Shown here piece by piece: positions 23,007 to 32,341 of a DNA stretch of 64,000 nt. Source of the DNA: Candidatus Omnitrophota bacterium (GTDB lineage: Bacteria > Omnitrophota > Gorgyraeia > 1-14-0-20-64-10). Below the pieces are notes generated by a model. The model searched no databases and was not told the origin of the DNA. It saw nothing but the letters and a program-made list of their open reading frames with translations. Position 1 is the stretch's first letter, and each line of letters starts with the position of its first letter. Both the position numbers and the translations under genes were made by a program. The stretch is taken from NCBI GenBank assembly GCA_016177405.1, contig JACOVG010000003.1, positions 32,050-96,049 of the forward strand. The letters run 5' to 3'.

Positions 23007-23390
23007 ATGTTTCAATTGAAACCCCCGGGAGCGACCCTCCCGGGGGTTTTGTTTTTGGCCATGCTCTTGTCGGCCGGCTGCGGCGACCTCCAGGGCCGCG
23101 GCGCCTACCAGGCGCTGACCCATCCCTTTGGAACCGGCGTCCCCTTCTCCCGGGGAAGCACCCAGGACGAGGTGCTGGCCACCTGGGGAAGACCGGATCA
23201 GATCATCGCCAAGGGAAAGGATGAGCTGGGCAATCCCAAAGAGGAGTGGGTTTACACGGGCCGCTATCCAGGCATGCCGGTGGATTACGGCTACGTCTCC
23301 AAGACCCAGCGGCTTTTTTTTGAGGGGGCAAGCCTCGTTCGCTGGCAAAGCGAGGATGCCCCTGCTTCCGATTCACCCCATAACTCCTGA
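23007..23390 (+). CDS. lipoprotein, BamE/SmpA-like
   Basis: ATG 23007; lipobox SAGC; GSTQDEVLATWGRPD...EEWVY pattern. Confidence 0.65.
   Translation: MFQLKPPGATLPGVLFLAMLLSAGCGDLQGRGAYQALTHPFGTGVPFSRGSTQDEVLATWGRPDQIIAKGKDELGNPKEEWVYTGRYPGMPVDYGYVSKTQRLFFEGASLVRWQSEDAPASDSPHNS
23019..23056 (+). terminator. intrinsic terminator-like hairpin after the beta-barrel gene
   Basis: AAACCCCCGGGAG / CTCCCGGGGGTTT 13-bp stem, 5-nt loop, followed by TGTTTTT. Confidence 0.75.
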
Positions 23391-23402
23391 CCAGATCTTC
23401 CG

Positions 23403-24143
23403 TTGAAAATCCGCGCGTACGTCCCATCGAATCTTTTGCGTCCAGGCGAGGCGAGGCTTGACCGGCGACAATCCCACCACCTGTCGCGCGTCCTGCGCGT
23501 CGCGCGGGGCAGCCCCATCGAGGTTTTTGACGGTCAGGGAACGGTGGGGCAGGCCGAGGTCCTTCAGGCAAGCCGTGAGGAGGTGATTCTTAGGGTGGAA
23601 GCAGCGGCGAGGGTCCCCGCTCCCGCCCCCAGTCTGGTTCTCGCGGCGGCCCTGGTTCAGGGAGGGAGGTTTGACCAGATCGTGGATCAGGCGACCCAGC
23701 TGGGGGCTTCGGAAATCATCCCTCTGGTCAGCGCGCGAACCGTGGTCAAGCCCGGCGCGGACCGCCGGCAAGCCCTGATCTCCCGTTTTCGCCAGATCGC
23801 GTTGGAGGCCTGCAGGCAGTCGGGCGTCAATCACCTCCCGGTCATTCACCCGGTGACCGATTTCAAGAAGCTGATTCCCGCGCTGGCCGACTGCGATCTG
23901 GTGGTCTTGGGCGCTTTGACGGGTGAGAGGGAGCCCCTCGCGCCCCTGTTGAGCCGAAGGCCTATGAGGCGCCTGCTTCTTTTGATCGGTCCCGAGGGGG
24001 ATTTTACCCCGGAGGAGATCGGCCAGGCCCGGAAGGCCGGGGCCCGCCCCTTCTCGATTGCTCCCAACGTTCTGCGCTGCGAAACCGCCGCGGCGGCGGC
24101 CCTTGGCGTGATCGCTTACTTGCTTCAGGAGCGCTCCCCCTGA
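23403..24143 (+). CDS. rsmE: 16S rRNA m3U1498 methyltransferase
   Basis: HHLSRVLR, ATQLGASEIIP, EACRQS, IGPEGDF, LRCETA. Confidence 0.93.
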   Translation: MKIRAYVPSNLLRPGEARLDRRQSHHLSRVLRVARGSPIEVFDGQGTVGQAEVLQASREEVILRVEAAARVPAPAPSLVLAAALVQGGRFDQIVDQATQLGASEIIPLVSARTVVKPGADRRQALISRFRQIALEACRQSGVNHLPVIHPVTDFKKLIPALADCDLVVLGALTGEREPLAPLLSRRPMRRLLLLIGPEGDFTPEEIGQARKAGARPFSIAPNVLRCETAAAAALGVIAYLLQERSP

Positions 24144-24172
24144 AAAGCCTTCAAAAAAATTGCCTTGCGCCC

Positions 24173-24202
24173 TTGACAAAATGACACAAAATCAGCCATA
24201 GT
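24173..24202 (+). promoter_or_regulatory. putative sigma-70 promoter upstream of the riboswitch
   Basis: TTGACA at 24173-24178; CATAGT at 24197-24202. Confidence 0.45.
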
Positions 24203-24235
24203 TGAGGTGGAAGGACAAATTGAGTATTTGGCACC

Positions 24236-24322
24236 GCCGATAAGGGCAAACCACCGGTAACGGTGGGACGCAAAGCCACAGATCCGCCAAAGATCGTTGG
24301 CGGACAGCTGGGTTGCCAAAGG
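24236..24322 (+). ncRNA. cyclic-di-GMP-I (GEMM) riboswitch aptamer
   Basis: AGGGCAAACC-ACCG GTAA CGGT-GGGACGCAAAGCC...GACAGCTGGGTTGCC matches the GEMM-I consensus, including a GNRA-capped P2. Confidence 0.9.
24284..24303 (-). repeat. 20-bp palindromic mini-repeat (copy inside riboswitch P3)
   Basis: Reverse complement reads CCGCCAACGATCTTTGGCGG, one mismatch from the copy at 31287. Confidence 0.8.
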
Positions 24323-24333
24323 GTGCGAAGGAC

Positions 24334-24378
24334 GACGCCTTAAGGCCAAGCGAGTGGTGCCTTAAGGCGTTTTGTGTT
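24334..24378 (+). terminator. riboswitch expression-platform terminator
   Basis: ACGCCTTAAGGC (24335-24346) / GCCTTAAGGCGT (24359-24370) stem followed by TTTGTGTT. Confidence 0.7.
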
Positions 24379-24404
24379 AACAAACGAAATGGAGGATATC
24401 TCTC

Positions 24405-24725
24405 ATGAAAACACCCACCGAGCTTCAGGCGAAGCAGGCCCACCGGGTCGTCACCTTCCTGGACAGGGCCCAAGTCGATTTCCTGGACAAGCTGGGCAAG
24501 GATGCCCTCTTTTCCACAGGGGTTAAGTTCCCAAGGACGCGGGTGATCTCCGCCCTGATCGATCTGCTGCGCAAGGCCAATGTCAGCGGCGAGGGCCTTC
24601 GGTCCGATCAGGAACTGGAAGAGCGCCTCATCCGAAAGCTGCGGAGCTCCACGCCGGAGATTCAGCGGCTGGCAGGCGAACTGACCGGAGGATCCCATGA
24701 GAATCCCGCTCGATTACGGGGATAA
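24405..24725 (+). CDS. hypothetical protein, possible ribbon-helix-helix DNA-binding fold
   Basis: GGAGG SD; RVVTFL strand followed by two amphipathic helices. Confidence 0.65.
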   Translation: MKTPTELQAKQAHRVVTFLDRAQVDFLDKLGKDALFSTGVKFPRTRVISALIDLLRKANVSGEGLRSDQELEERLIRKLRSSTPEIQRLAGELTGGSHENPARLRG

Positions 24726-24891
24726 TTTTCCCGTCTTGTCGTCCGGCCGCTGGAACCCCTCTGTTCCCTGGAGGTTTCCCCAGGTGGAGGTGGTTGTGAG
24801 GCGCAGGCCGCTGGCGGGTTGGATGCTCCCGTGGCTTATGCTGGGGCTGGGAATGACCCTGGGGGCCCTGGGGGTGATTTGGCTGGTTTGA
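24697..24891 (+). CDS. small hypothetical protein with C-terminal TM helix
   Basis: GGAGG SD before ATG 24697; hydrophobic C-terminus. Confidence 0.55.
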   Translation: MRIPLDYGDNFPVLSSGRWNPSVPWRFPQVEVVVRRRPLAGWMLPWLMLGLGMTLGALGVIWLV

Positions 24892-24911
24892 CGCCTTAGA
24901 GGGTAAAGGGA

Positions 24912-25655
24912 ATGCCTTTCAGGCTGGATACACCTTTTTATCCCATTCCCGGGCCGCAGCCGGAGGCCGCCTTCGGCGCGGTGTTGGAGATCCTTCTTAA
25001 GACCCGCCTCAAGCTTCACCTCGAAAGCGACCGCGCGGGTTCCGATGAGGATGTGAACGCCTATCTGGCGGGGCTCTTGGTTTCTTACATCGATCCCCGG
25101 TACCTCACGGCCGTTTCCCAGGTTCTTTCCCGTCATGAGGTGGATGTCTTTCATGCCGTCTGCGGGGCCCGCGAGAATTATCAGGTTTACTGGATCTACA
25201 AGGTCAACGCGGACGACGAGCTGGTCCACCTGGGGGTCTTTGACAGCCGCTGGCAAAACGAGCAGGCCAGGCTCCACCGCATGAAGCGGTATTACACCTT
25301 TGCCTCGGATTACCAGCGTCGGATTTATGGCAAACCGACCGCGGTGGGAGAAATCGAGCAAAAGCTTTCCGATCAATCCGAACGTTACCTTGCCATCCTC
25401 ACCGGAGCCCGGAACGACTACCTGCACATGGCCAAGACGCTTGGGGGACAGGAGCTCCTGGAGATCGAGGAGGGCCTTGCGAGGTTCGAGCAGGAGCTGC
25501 CCCGGCGGACCAAGATGGATGAGTTTTTGGATGCTTATGCCAAGTGGCTTTCGGGCGAGAAGAGCCCGGAGGCCCGAACCAGGATCTTGAGCCTCGCCGA
25601 GGAGCTGAAGGGCTTGGACCCCAGCTTTCCCAAGGAACGCCTTCCAGGTCTATAG
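24912..25655 (+). CDS. hypothetical helical protein (247 aa)
   Basis: Long ORF with host-like codon usage and purine-rich upstream sequence; no family recognised. Confidence 0.75.
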   Translation: MPFRLDTPFYPIPGPQPEAAFGAVLEILLKTRLKLHLESDRAGSDEDVNAYLAGLLVSYIDPRYLTAVSQVLSRHEVDVFHAVCGARENYQVYWIYKVNADDELVHLGVFDSRWQNEQARLHRMKRYYTFASDYQRRIYGKPTAVGEIEQKLSDQSERYLAILTGARNDYLHMAKTLGGQELLEIEEGLARFEQELPRRTKMDEFLDAYAKWLSGEKSPEARTRILSLAEELKGLDPSFPKERLPGL

Positions 25656-25699
25656 ATTAGGTATCACGAAAATTTAGTTAAATATTTTATCCCCTTTCC

Positions 25700-25728
25700 T
25701 TGACGACTCCATTCTCACAAAGTATACT
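25700..25728 (+). promoter_or_regulatory. putative sigma-70 promoter for cvpA-dnaG-rpoD
   Basis: TTGACG (25700-25705), 17-bp spacer, TATACT (25723-25728); AT-rich upstream. Confidence 0.7.
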
Positions 25729-25752
25729 TGATGAGATCAGGTCGAATATCTT

Positions 25753-26286
25753 ATGAGCGGAGTCATCTTGCCTCGGTTTAATTGGGTGGACATCTTTTCC
25801 CTCGTCCTGTTTGTCCGTATGGGGTACATGGGCTTTAAGCTTGGCCTGGGAGAAGAGCTGGTCAAGCTGACGGCCCTGGCCGCCGGATTGATGGCGGGGT
25901 TGAGGTATGGTTCTTGGGCGGGGGGGTGGCTGGCCCAGAAGAGCTTCTTGACGGAGGAATGGGCGAGCGCCGTCAGCCTGGCCGTGATCTTGGGTATTTG
26001 CTACTGGGGTATGCGGAGGCTTCTTTCGCTGGCGGTGCGCTTGGTTTCGGTGAGCTTCCAGGAGCCGCTGGGTTGCTGGGGAGGTTTGGTTGCCGGGTTG
26101 GCCAGGGCAGGGTTGGTGATTTCATTGGTTCTGATCGGCCTTCAGGGGCTTCCCTCGCCGTACTTGAGCGCAGCGATTCAGGAGCGCTCCCTGGCGGGGA
26201 GCTCTTTGACGCGGGTGGCCCCGGCGGTCTACGGAACCCTGGCGCCCTTTTTCAAGCGCTTGGGACTGGTTTTTCGAGGAGGCTGA
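25753..26286 (+). CDS. CvpA (colicin V production) family membrane protein
   Basis: NWVDI...GYMGFKLG, four TM segments, GGLVAGLARA, IQERS. Confidence 0.75.
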   Translation: MSGVILPRFNWVDIFSLVLFVRMGYMGFKLGLGEELVKLTALAAGLMAGLRYGSWAGGWLAQKSFLTEEWASAVSLAVILGICYWGMRRLLSLAVRLVSVSFQEPLGCWGGLVAGLARAGLVISLVLIGLQGLPSPYLSAAIQERSLAGSSLTRVAPAVYGTLAPFFKRLGLVFRGG

Positions 26287-28076
26287 TGGGAATCCCGGCC
26301 AGCACGCTGGAACAGATCGGGCAGCGCCTGGATCTTGTGGAGGTGATCGGCGGCTTCGTTTCCTTAAAGAGGTCGGGCCGGAATTTCAAGGGGCTGTGCC
26401 CGTTTCATCCGGAGAAGAGCCCCTCCTTTATGGTTTACCCGGCCAAGCAGTTTTTCATTTGCTACGGGTGCGGAGCGGGAGGAGACCTCATTACCTTTGT
26501 GATGCGGCACGAGCATATGGAATTCAAGGAAGCGGTTCAGGTTCTGGCGGAGAAGGCCGGGATTCAGGTCTCCTTCACCACAGGGGGGCCTTCCTTGGCC
26601 AATCGGCCCCTTTATCAGGCCCATGAGACCGCCGCCGCCTTCTACCATGAAAAGTTGACGGCCTCTCCGGAGGGAGAACCGGCCCGGGCGTATCTTGCCC
26701 ACCGGGGTTTGACGCCCGAAACCTGGAAGGCGCTCCGATTGGGCTTTGCCCTCAACCGCTGGGATGGGTTGTTGACCCACGCGCGGGAGCAGGGCATGGA
26801 CCCCTCCCTTCTGGAGCGGTCGGGCTTGGCGGTCCGCCGGGAAGGCGGCGAAGAGGCCTGGTACGACCGGTTCCGAAACCGGGTTCTCTTTCCCATTTGG
26901 GACCAGCGGGGACGGGTGATCGCTTTTGGCGGAAGGGTTCTTGGGGAGGAGTCCGGACCCAAATACCTGAACTCCCCGGAGACGGAATTGTACGTCAAGG
27001 GCCGGCTGCTTTACGGGTTCCACCTGGCCTCCTCCGCCATCCGGGAGAAGGATTTGGGCATCGTGGTGGAGGGTTACATGGATTTCGCGAGCCTCTACCA
27101 GGCCGGGATCCGCAACATCGTCGCCTCGATGGGGACGAGCCTCACCCCGGAGCAGGTGCAGCTCATTCGGCGGCTGACCCGGCATGTGGTGATGATTTAC
27201 GATGGGGATTACGCCGGCGAGATGGCCACCCTTCGAGGGTTGGATCTTTTCCTGGAGGCCGAGATGCGGGTCAAGGTGGTCGGCTTGCCCAGCGGTTTGG
27301 ACCCGGACACCTTTTTGGCCCAGGCGGGGCTTGAGGAGATGCTCCGGACGATTCGGCAGTCGCAGGACCTCTTTGACTATAAGCTGGGTCTGCTCACCCG
27401 GCGCTATGACCCCAAGGACCTTCAGGGCCGGATTCGGATTTCGGAGGAGATGCTGCCCACGATCAAACGGGTCACCAACGCGATTGAGCGGGGCGAGTAC
27501 GTGAAGCGCTTGAGCGAGGTTTTGCGCGTGGCCGAGACGCTCATCTGGAGTGAGCTGGGCCGGGTGCGCAAGGAGGGCTCCGCCGCCCCCCGCGGGGCCG
27601 CTCGGCCGGAGAAGGTTCAGCCGGCCGCGGGCATGACCGTCGAGGAATCCCTGGCGGGCCTGCTTCTGGAAGAGCCTGGCCGGGTTCGGCAAGTTGAGGA
27701 GAGGCTCCCCCTGGAAGCGTTCCAGGACGCCCACGTCCGAGAAATCCTTTCCCGCTTGCGGCAGATGAGCCAAAGCGGAGCGATTCCGCCGGACGGCCGG
27801 ACCTTTCTGGCCAGCCTTCCCCGGGAAGATTCGGGAGCCTGGGAAGGCCGGATCGCCCGCTGGCTGGCGTGGGCCGATTTGGTGGTCGACAAGGAAGGCA
27901 CCCTCGAGGAGCTTTTGGGCAAGGTGAAGGAGGGGCAAGTTCGTTCTTCCCTGGAGGCCCTCCAGGTCTCCATCCGGCAGGCCGAGGCCCAGGGCCAGGA
28001 GAGGGAGACGGCTCAATTGATCGCGCAGTACAACACGCTCATGAAGTCGCGCTTAAGCGGAAAAGGAGTAGCCTAA
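26286..28076 (+). CDS. dnaG: DNA primase
   Basis: ATG 26286; [15 protein letters not shown] zinc finger, [32 protein letters not shown]. Confidence 0.96.
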   Translation: MGIPASTLEQIGQRLDLVEVIGGFVSLKRSGRNFKGLCPFHPEKSPSFMVYPAKQFFICYGCGAGGDLITFVMRHEHMEFKEAVQVLAEKAGIQVSFTTGGPSLANRPLYQAHETAAAFYHEKLTASPEGEPARAYLAHRGLTPETWKALRLGFALNRWDGLLTHAREQGMDPSLLERSGLAVRREGGEEAWYDRFRNRVLFPIWDQRGRVIAFGGRVLGEESGPKYLNSPETELYVKGRLLYGFHLASSAIREKDLGIVVEGYMDFASLYQAGIRNIVASMGTSLTPEQVQLIRRLTRHVVMIYDGDYAGEMATLRGLDLFLEAEMRVKVVGLPSGLDPDTFLAQAGLEEMLRTIRQSQDLFDYKLGLLTRRYDPKDLQGRIRISEEMLPTIKRVTNAIERGEYVKRLSEVLRVAETLIWSELGRVRKEGSAAPRGAARPEKVQPAAGMTVEESLAGLLLEEPGRVRQVEERLPLEAFQDAHVREILSRLRQMSQSGAIPPDGRTFLASLPREDSGAWEGRIARWLAWADLVVDKEGTLEELLGKVKEGQVRSSLEALQVSIRQAEAQGQERETAQLIAQYNTLMKSRLSGKGVA

Positions 28077-28080
28077 GGTT

Positions 28081-29712
28081 ATGCCCCGCGCAGCCAAAAA
28101 GAATCCGCGCACGATGCGGCACATGGATGAATTAAAGAAATTGATCGCCCTGGGCAAGGAGAAGGGCCACCTGACCTATGAGGAGGTGAACAACCTCCTG
28201 CCCGAGGACGTCACCTCCTCCGAGGAGATCGAGGAGGTCCTCACGATCTTAGGCAGCGAGAACATCGAGATCGTGGACGACGAGGAGCCCTCCAAGGCCG
28301 GACTGGCCGAATCGGAGCCGGCCGAAGCGCCGGAGGCCGCCTCCGAAGAGAAGGCGGAGGAGCCCTCCGAGGAGGAGGCCGAACCGGCCCGCTCCTCCTT
28401 GCCGGTGGATGATCCGGTGCGGATGTACCTTCGGCAGATGGGCCAGATCCCTCTTCTTTCCAGGGAGAGCGAGCTCAAGTTGGCCAAGGAGATCAAGGAG
28501 GCCGAGGTCCACTTTCGGGAGGTCGTCTTCGCTTCGGTCCTTGCCCAACGGGAGATCTTTGCCTTGGTGGATCGGATCAAGGCCAAGGAGGTCAATCCGG
28601 AGGAGTACGTCACCGAGGATTTCAAGCGGAAGGAGCGGCTCGGTCCCAAGATGGCGCGGCTGGCGGCCAAGGCGCAGGCCACCCGCTCTATCCCCAAGCG
28701 GAACCAGCACCTCCTTCAGATGCGCTTCATGAGCCCCGTGGTGGGAGAGATTGCCAAGAAGCTCAAGAGGGCGGTGGCCGAATACGACCGCTTGATCCGG
28801 GAGACCGACCGGGTGAAGGCCAAGGGAGGCACGGGGGTGCGCCAGAAGGTCAAGGCGCTCCGGAAGAATCTTCTCAAGGTTCAGAAGACTTTGGGTCAGC
28901 CCCGCAAGGAGCTGGAGGAGCTTCTCCTCAATCTCAAGAAGCGCGAGGCCGTCTACATCCGGGCGAAGCGCGCCCTGGTGGAGGCCAACCTTCGGCTTGT
29001 GGTGTCCATCGCCAAGAAGTACACCAACCGGGGGCTGTCGTTCCTGGACCTGATCCAGGAGGGGAACATCGGCCTGATGAAGGCGGTGGACAAATTTGAG
29101 TATGAGCGAGGATACAAATTCTCCACCTACGCGACCTGGTGGATCCGCCAAGCGATCACGCGGGCCATCGCCGACCAGGCCCGGACCATCCGGATCCCGG
29201 TTCACATGACCGAAACGATCAACAAGCTGATCCGGGTTTCCCGGCAGCTGGTCCAGGAAAACGGCAAGGAACCGAACCCCGAGGAGATTGCCTACGAGAT
29301 GCGGATGCCGGTGGATCGGGTGCGGGGTATCTTGAAAATCGCCCAGGAGCCGATTTCCCTTCAGACCCCCATCGGGGATGACGGCGACACCCACTTCGGC
29401 GATTTCATCGAGGACAAGAGAGCCGTTTCTCCGGCCAACGCCACCGCCCACGCGATGCTCAAGGAGCAGATGGAGTCGGTTCTGGAGACCTTGACCGAGC
29501 GGGAGGGGCAGGTTCTGAAGCTGCGCTTTGGAATTGGCGACGGCTATCCCCGGACCCTGGAGGAGGTGGGCTCGATCTTTAAGGTCACGCGCGAGCGGGT
29601 CCGGCAGATTGAAGCCAAGGCCTTAAGGAAGCTGCGTCACCCCATCCGCTCCCGCCGCCTGAAGTCCTTCCTGGAGCTGGGGGCCTTAAGCGAAGAGCGC
29701 GGCTGGCTGTAA
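28081..29712 (+). CDS. rpoD: primary sigma factor RpoD
   Basis: Region 1.1 [56 protein letters not shown]; follows dnaG. Confidence 0.96.
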   Translation: MPRAAKKNPRTMRHMDELKKLIALGKEKGHLTYEEVNNLLPEDVTSSEEIEEVLTILGSENIEIVDDEEPSKAGLAESEPAEAPEAASEEKAEEPSEEEAEPARSSLPVDDPVRMYLRQMGQIPLLSRESELKLAKEIKEAEVHFREVVFASVLAQREIFALVDRIKAKEVNPEEYVTEDFKRKERLGPKMARLAAKAQATRSIPKRNQHLLQMRFMSPVVGEIAKKLKRAVAEYDRLIRETDRVKAKGGTGVRQKVKALRKNLLKVQKTLGQPRKELEELLLNLKKREAVYIRAKRALVEANLRLVVSIAKKYTNRGLSFLDLIQEGNIGLMKAVDKFEYERGYKFSTYATWWIRQAITRAIADQARTIRIPVHMTETINKLIRVSRQLVQENGKEPNPEEIAYEMRMPVDRVRGILKIAQEPISLQTPIGDDGDTHFGDFIEDKRAVSPANATAHAMLKEQMESVLETLTEREGQVLKLRFGIGDGYPRTLEEVGSIFKVTRERVRQIEAKALRKLRHPIRSRRLKSFLELGALSEERGWL

Positions 29713-29716
29713 TTCT

Positions 29717-29789
29717 TGGGCCCGCCTGGATTCGAACCAGGGACCAACTCATTATGAGTGAGCTGCTCTAACCGCTGAGCTACGGGCCC
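29717..29789 (-). tRNA. tRNA with CAT anticodon, most likely Ile2 (lysidine type)
   Basis: Minus strand GGGCCCG-TA-GCTC AGCGGTTA GAGC-A-GCTCA CT CAT AA TGAGT-TGGTC-CCTGG TTCGAAT CCAGG-CGGGCCC-A; paired G1 and no 3GC anticodon stem, so not initiator. Confidence 0.9.
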
Positions 29790-29910
29790 GCGGTCCTTTT
29801 GCCTTCCGTATTATAAAGCAAGCCGCCCGCTTTACCCCTTCCTTTCCGCACGCTTCTCCCGTAGAATAGAATTTCTGACTTCTTCCTCTGGAGGAGGGGG
29901 CATGTTCATT

Positions 29911-29988
29911 GGGCGCATAGCTCAGCCCGGTTAGAGCGCTACGCTCACATCGTAGAGGTCACAGGTTCAAGTCCTGTTGCGCCCACCA
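29911..29988 (+). tRNA. tRNA-Val (anticodon CAC)
   Basis: GGGCGCA-TA-GCTC...GAGC-G-CTACG CT CAC AT CGTAG-AGGTC-ACAGG TTCAAGT CCTGT-TGCGCCC-ACCA. Confidence 0.95.
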
Positions 29989-29995
29989 GCTTTGA

Positions 29996-30739
29996 GTGGC
30001 GACGGAGACCATGGCGACAGCGTCGATTACCGATCAGATGAAACTGCTCCTTAAGCTTCAGGAGCTGGATGCCGAACTTTACAGCCGGCGCCGGGAGCTT
30101 TCTCTCAAGCCTCAACAAGCGGCCCGCCTGAAGGAGGAATTCGAGGGGCTTAAAGGGGATGTCCGGAAGGCCCAGGAGGAGCTCAAGGCGGCCGAGGTCA
30201 AGCGCAACCAGTTGGAGATGGAGCTGGGGCAGAAGGAAGGCAGTTTAAAGAAGTTCCAGGGCCAGCTTTTCACCGTCAAGACGAACAAGGAATATGCCGC
30301 CTTGCAGAAGGAGATCGAGGGCTTCAAGGCGGATCAGTCGGTCTTGGAGGAGGAGATCCTCAAGCTCATGGAGGAGGCCGACCGGAAGAAGGGAAGGCTC
30401 ACCGCCGAACAGGAGGTGCTGAAGGGGCAGGAGAAAGCCTTGGAGGAAAAGCTGAACCGGCTGGAGCAGGAGAAGAAAACCCTGGAGGATTCCGTCCAGC
30501 GGCTGGAAGCTGATCGGGGCTCGTGGGCGGCTCAAGTGGACCGGAAGATCCTGGGCCGCTACGAGCGGATTCTGGAGAACAAAGAAGGGCTGGCCCTGGT
30601 TCCCGTGCGCGGAGGCGCCTGCGGGGGTTGTCACATGGTGCTTCCGCCCCAAATGCTCAACGAAATCCACCTGGGCGAGCGGCTGATCACCTGCGAGTCT
30701 TGCGCCCGGATCCTCATCCTTGAGTCCCCGCCCTCCTAA
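29996..30739 (+). CDS. coiled-coil protein with C-terminal C4 zinc ribbon (DUF164/CT398-like)
   Basis: LQELD start, KTNKEYAALQKEI, CGGC...CESCARIL. Confidence 0.88.
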   Translation: MATETMATASITDQMKLLLKLQELDAELYSRRRELSLKPQQAARLKEEFEGLKGDVRKAQEELKAAEVKRNQLEMELGQKEGSLKKFQGQLFTVKTNKEYAALQKEIEGFKADQSVLEEEILKLMEEADRKKGRLTAEQEVLKGQEKALEEKLNRLEQEKKTLEDSVQRLEADRGSWAAQVDRKILGRYERILENKEGLALVPVRGGACGGCHMVLPPQMLNEIHLGERLITCESCARILILESPPS

Positions 30740-31244
30740 GCAGTTGGCTGCGCCCCATCGTTCCTTAAGCGTCTTGCACTTGGCCATCGACGGAGCTTCC
30801 CGGGGCAATCCAGGCCCCTCGGGGGTGGGCGTTGTGGTGACCGATTCCCAGGGGCGGCCGGTCAAGAAGATCTCCCTTTATTTGGGTTTGGCCACCAACA
30901 ATGTGGCCGAATCGGTGGCCTTGATTGTGGCCCTTCAGGAAGCCCTCCAGCGCGGCGCCCGTCAGGTCGAGGTGAGAACCGACAGCCAGCTTTTGAGCCG
31001 GCAGGTCCTGGGCGATTACCGGGTCAAGGATCAGGTCCTTGGTTGGCTGCACGTCATCATCCGGAATCTGATCGGGGGTTTCCAAGGGTTCAACATCCTG
31101 CATGTTCCCAGAACCCAGAACCGCCTGGCCGACCGGCTGGCGGGCCAAGCCATTACCGAAGCCATCCGGCAGGGAACCGCGCCCAAGAAGAGAGCGGCCC
31201 CGCCCGCCGCCGGCTCGCTGCTTCAGTCCACCTTCTGGGCCTAA
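30720..31244 (+). CDS. rnhA: ribonuclease HI family protein (exact start uncertain)
   Basis: IDGASRGNPGPSG, TNNVAE, TDSQL, HVPRTQNRLAD. Confidence 0.88.
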   Translation: MSPRPPKQLAAPHRSLSVLHLAIDGASRGNPGPSGVGVVVTDSQGRPVKKISLYLGLATNNVAESVALIVALQEALQRGARQVEVRTDSQLLSRQVLGDYRVKDQVLGWLHVIIRNLIGGFQGFNILHVPRTQNRLADRLAGQAITEAIRQGTAPKKRAAPPAAGSLLQSTFWA

Positions 31245-31250
31245 AAGCGA

Positions 31251-31256
31251 TATAAT
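31251..31256 (+). promoter_or_regulatory. -10 element for rnpB
   Basis: Perfect TATAAT just upstream of the P1 helix. Confidence 0.55.
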
Positions 31257-31286
31257 CATTATGGGAAGAGCAGGCCGGATGGTCGC

Positions 31287-31306
31287 CCGCCAACGTTCTT
31301 TGGCGG
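31287..31306 (+). repeat. 20-bp palindromic mini-repeat (rnpB P3)
   Basis: CCGCCAACGTTCTTTGGCGG. Confidence 0.8.
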
Positions 31307-31391
31307 GAGGAAAGTCCGGACTCCCAAGGGCAGCGGAGTGGGTAACACCCATCCCCCGCGAGGGGAGGATCAGAGCCACAGAGACGAGTCT

Positions 31392-31411
31392 CCGCCAGAG
31401 ATCTTTGGCGG
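31392..31411 (+). repeat. 20-bp palindromic mini-repeat (rnpB P12)
   Basis: CCGCCAGAGATCTTTGGCGG. Confidence 0.8.
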
Positions 31412-31565
31412 AGGGTGAAACGGGCAATCTCTCCGCGGAGCAAGACCAAGCAGACCTTGCCGATCAGCGGCCCGCTGGATGGAGCGTAAATTCACTCCGG
31501 GCAGGGCGGGTAGGTCGCACAGATTCTCCGCCGCAAGGCGGGGAACCAGAGGAATGACCATCTCC

Positions 31566-31585
31566 CCGCCAATGTACTTTGGCGG
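31566..31585 (+). repeat. 20-bp palindromic mini-repeat (rnpB P19)
   Basis: CCGCCAATGTACTTTGGCGG. Confidence 0.8.
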
Positions 31586-31681
31586 GGAACAGAATCCGGC
31601 TTATAGGCCTGTCTCTTCCCAACCGCAATCTTGGATTCGCCGCTTGACGCGGATCAAAAGGCTCTGGTAAGCTAGCCCAAG

Positions 31682-32188
31682 ATGAAAAAATTTACTGGCC
31701 TGGCGGGGATCGTCTGCCTCGCCTTCTTGTTATCGGGTTGCGCGTCGATGACGACGTACGCCAAGCCCGACGCCCCCTGGGCCTCCATCCGCCGGATCGG
31801 GGTGCTCACCTTTTCCACGCCGTCAGAAAATCCGGTGCATCGAACGGTGGTGACCCAGCTCTTCACCCAGGAGCTCCGGCGCCAGCTCTTTGGTGATGTG
31901 GTTGAGATCCCGCTCACGCCTGCCGAAACCCTGACCTTCAAATCCCTGGCGAGCCTTTATCAGGTGGACGCGGTCTTCGCGGGGTCCGTGGACGAGTCGG
32001 AGACCGCGACGGTCCACGTCCGCCTGGTCGATTGCGCCACAGAGGAGCTGCTTTGGTCGTCGGCCTATCTGGTGGGCCGGGGTGCCGAGGCCTTTCCGTT
32101 TCGAACGGTCCATCAGCAATTCCACCGGGCCTTTCGAAAGATGATCCGCGACTTCGCCCTTCGGCGCGGTTTCATCCCGTCCTCGTAA
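31682..32188 (+). CDS. lipoprotein, possible CsgG/LpoB-like alpha/beta fold
   Basis: Lipobox LSGC; IGVLTF, VDAVFAGSV, VRLVDCATEELLWS pattern. Confidence 0.7.
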   Translation: MKKFTGLAGIVCLAFLLSGCASMTTYAKPDAPWASIRRIGVLTFSTPSENPVHRTVVTQLFTQELRRQLFGDVVEIPLTPAETLTFKSLASLYQVDAVFAGSVDESETATVHVRLVDCATEELLWSSAYLVGRGAEAFPFRTVHQQFHRAFRKMIRDFALRRGFIPSS

Positions 32189-32312
32189 AGTTCTGAAGTT
32201 TTCCCGCTGCTGATCTTCTGAAGCTTCGCTCTTCTCCAAATACCCCAGTCCTGGGGTTTTCACCTGCTGTATCCACCAGCCCTTGCCCATGAAAAATTTC
32301 CCATTTTTCCCC

Positions 32313-32341
32313 TTGACAAGAATTGATGAAGTGGGTACACT
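32313..32341 (+). promoter_or_regulatory. dcw (mraZ) sigma-70 promoter
   Basis: TTGACA 32313-32318, 17-bp spacer, TACACT 32336-32341. Confidence 0.8.

Larger units (their letters stand above)
31263..31620 (+). ncRNA. rnpB: RNase P RNA
   Basis: P1 GGGAAGAG/CTCTTCCC; GAGGAAAGTCCGGACTC; AGAGCCACAGA; GGAGCAAG; ACAGAATCCGGCTTA. Confidence 0.96.

Noticed and set aside
20487-29988. tRNA-anchored genomic island or prophage
   Set aside because: No integrase, transposase or duplicated tRNA 3' end seen; flanking genes are housekeeping.
32191-32260. TTCTGAAG direct repeat and short ACCCCA/TGGGGT hairpin after the lipoprotein gene
   Set aside because: Too short to distinguish from chance; at most a weak terminator.
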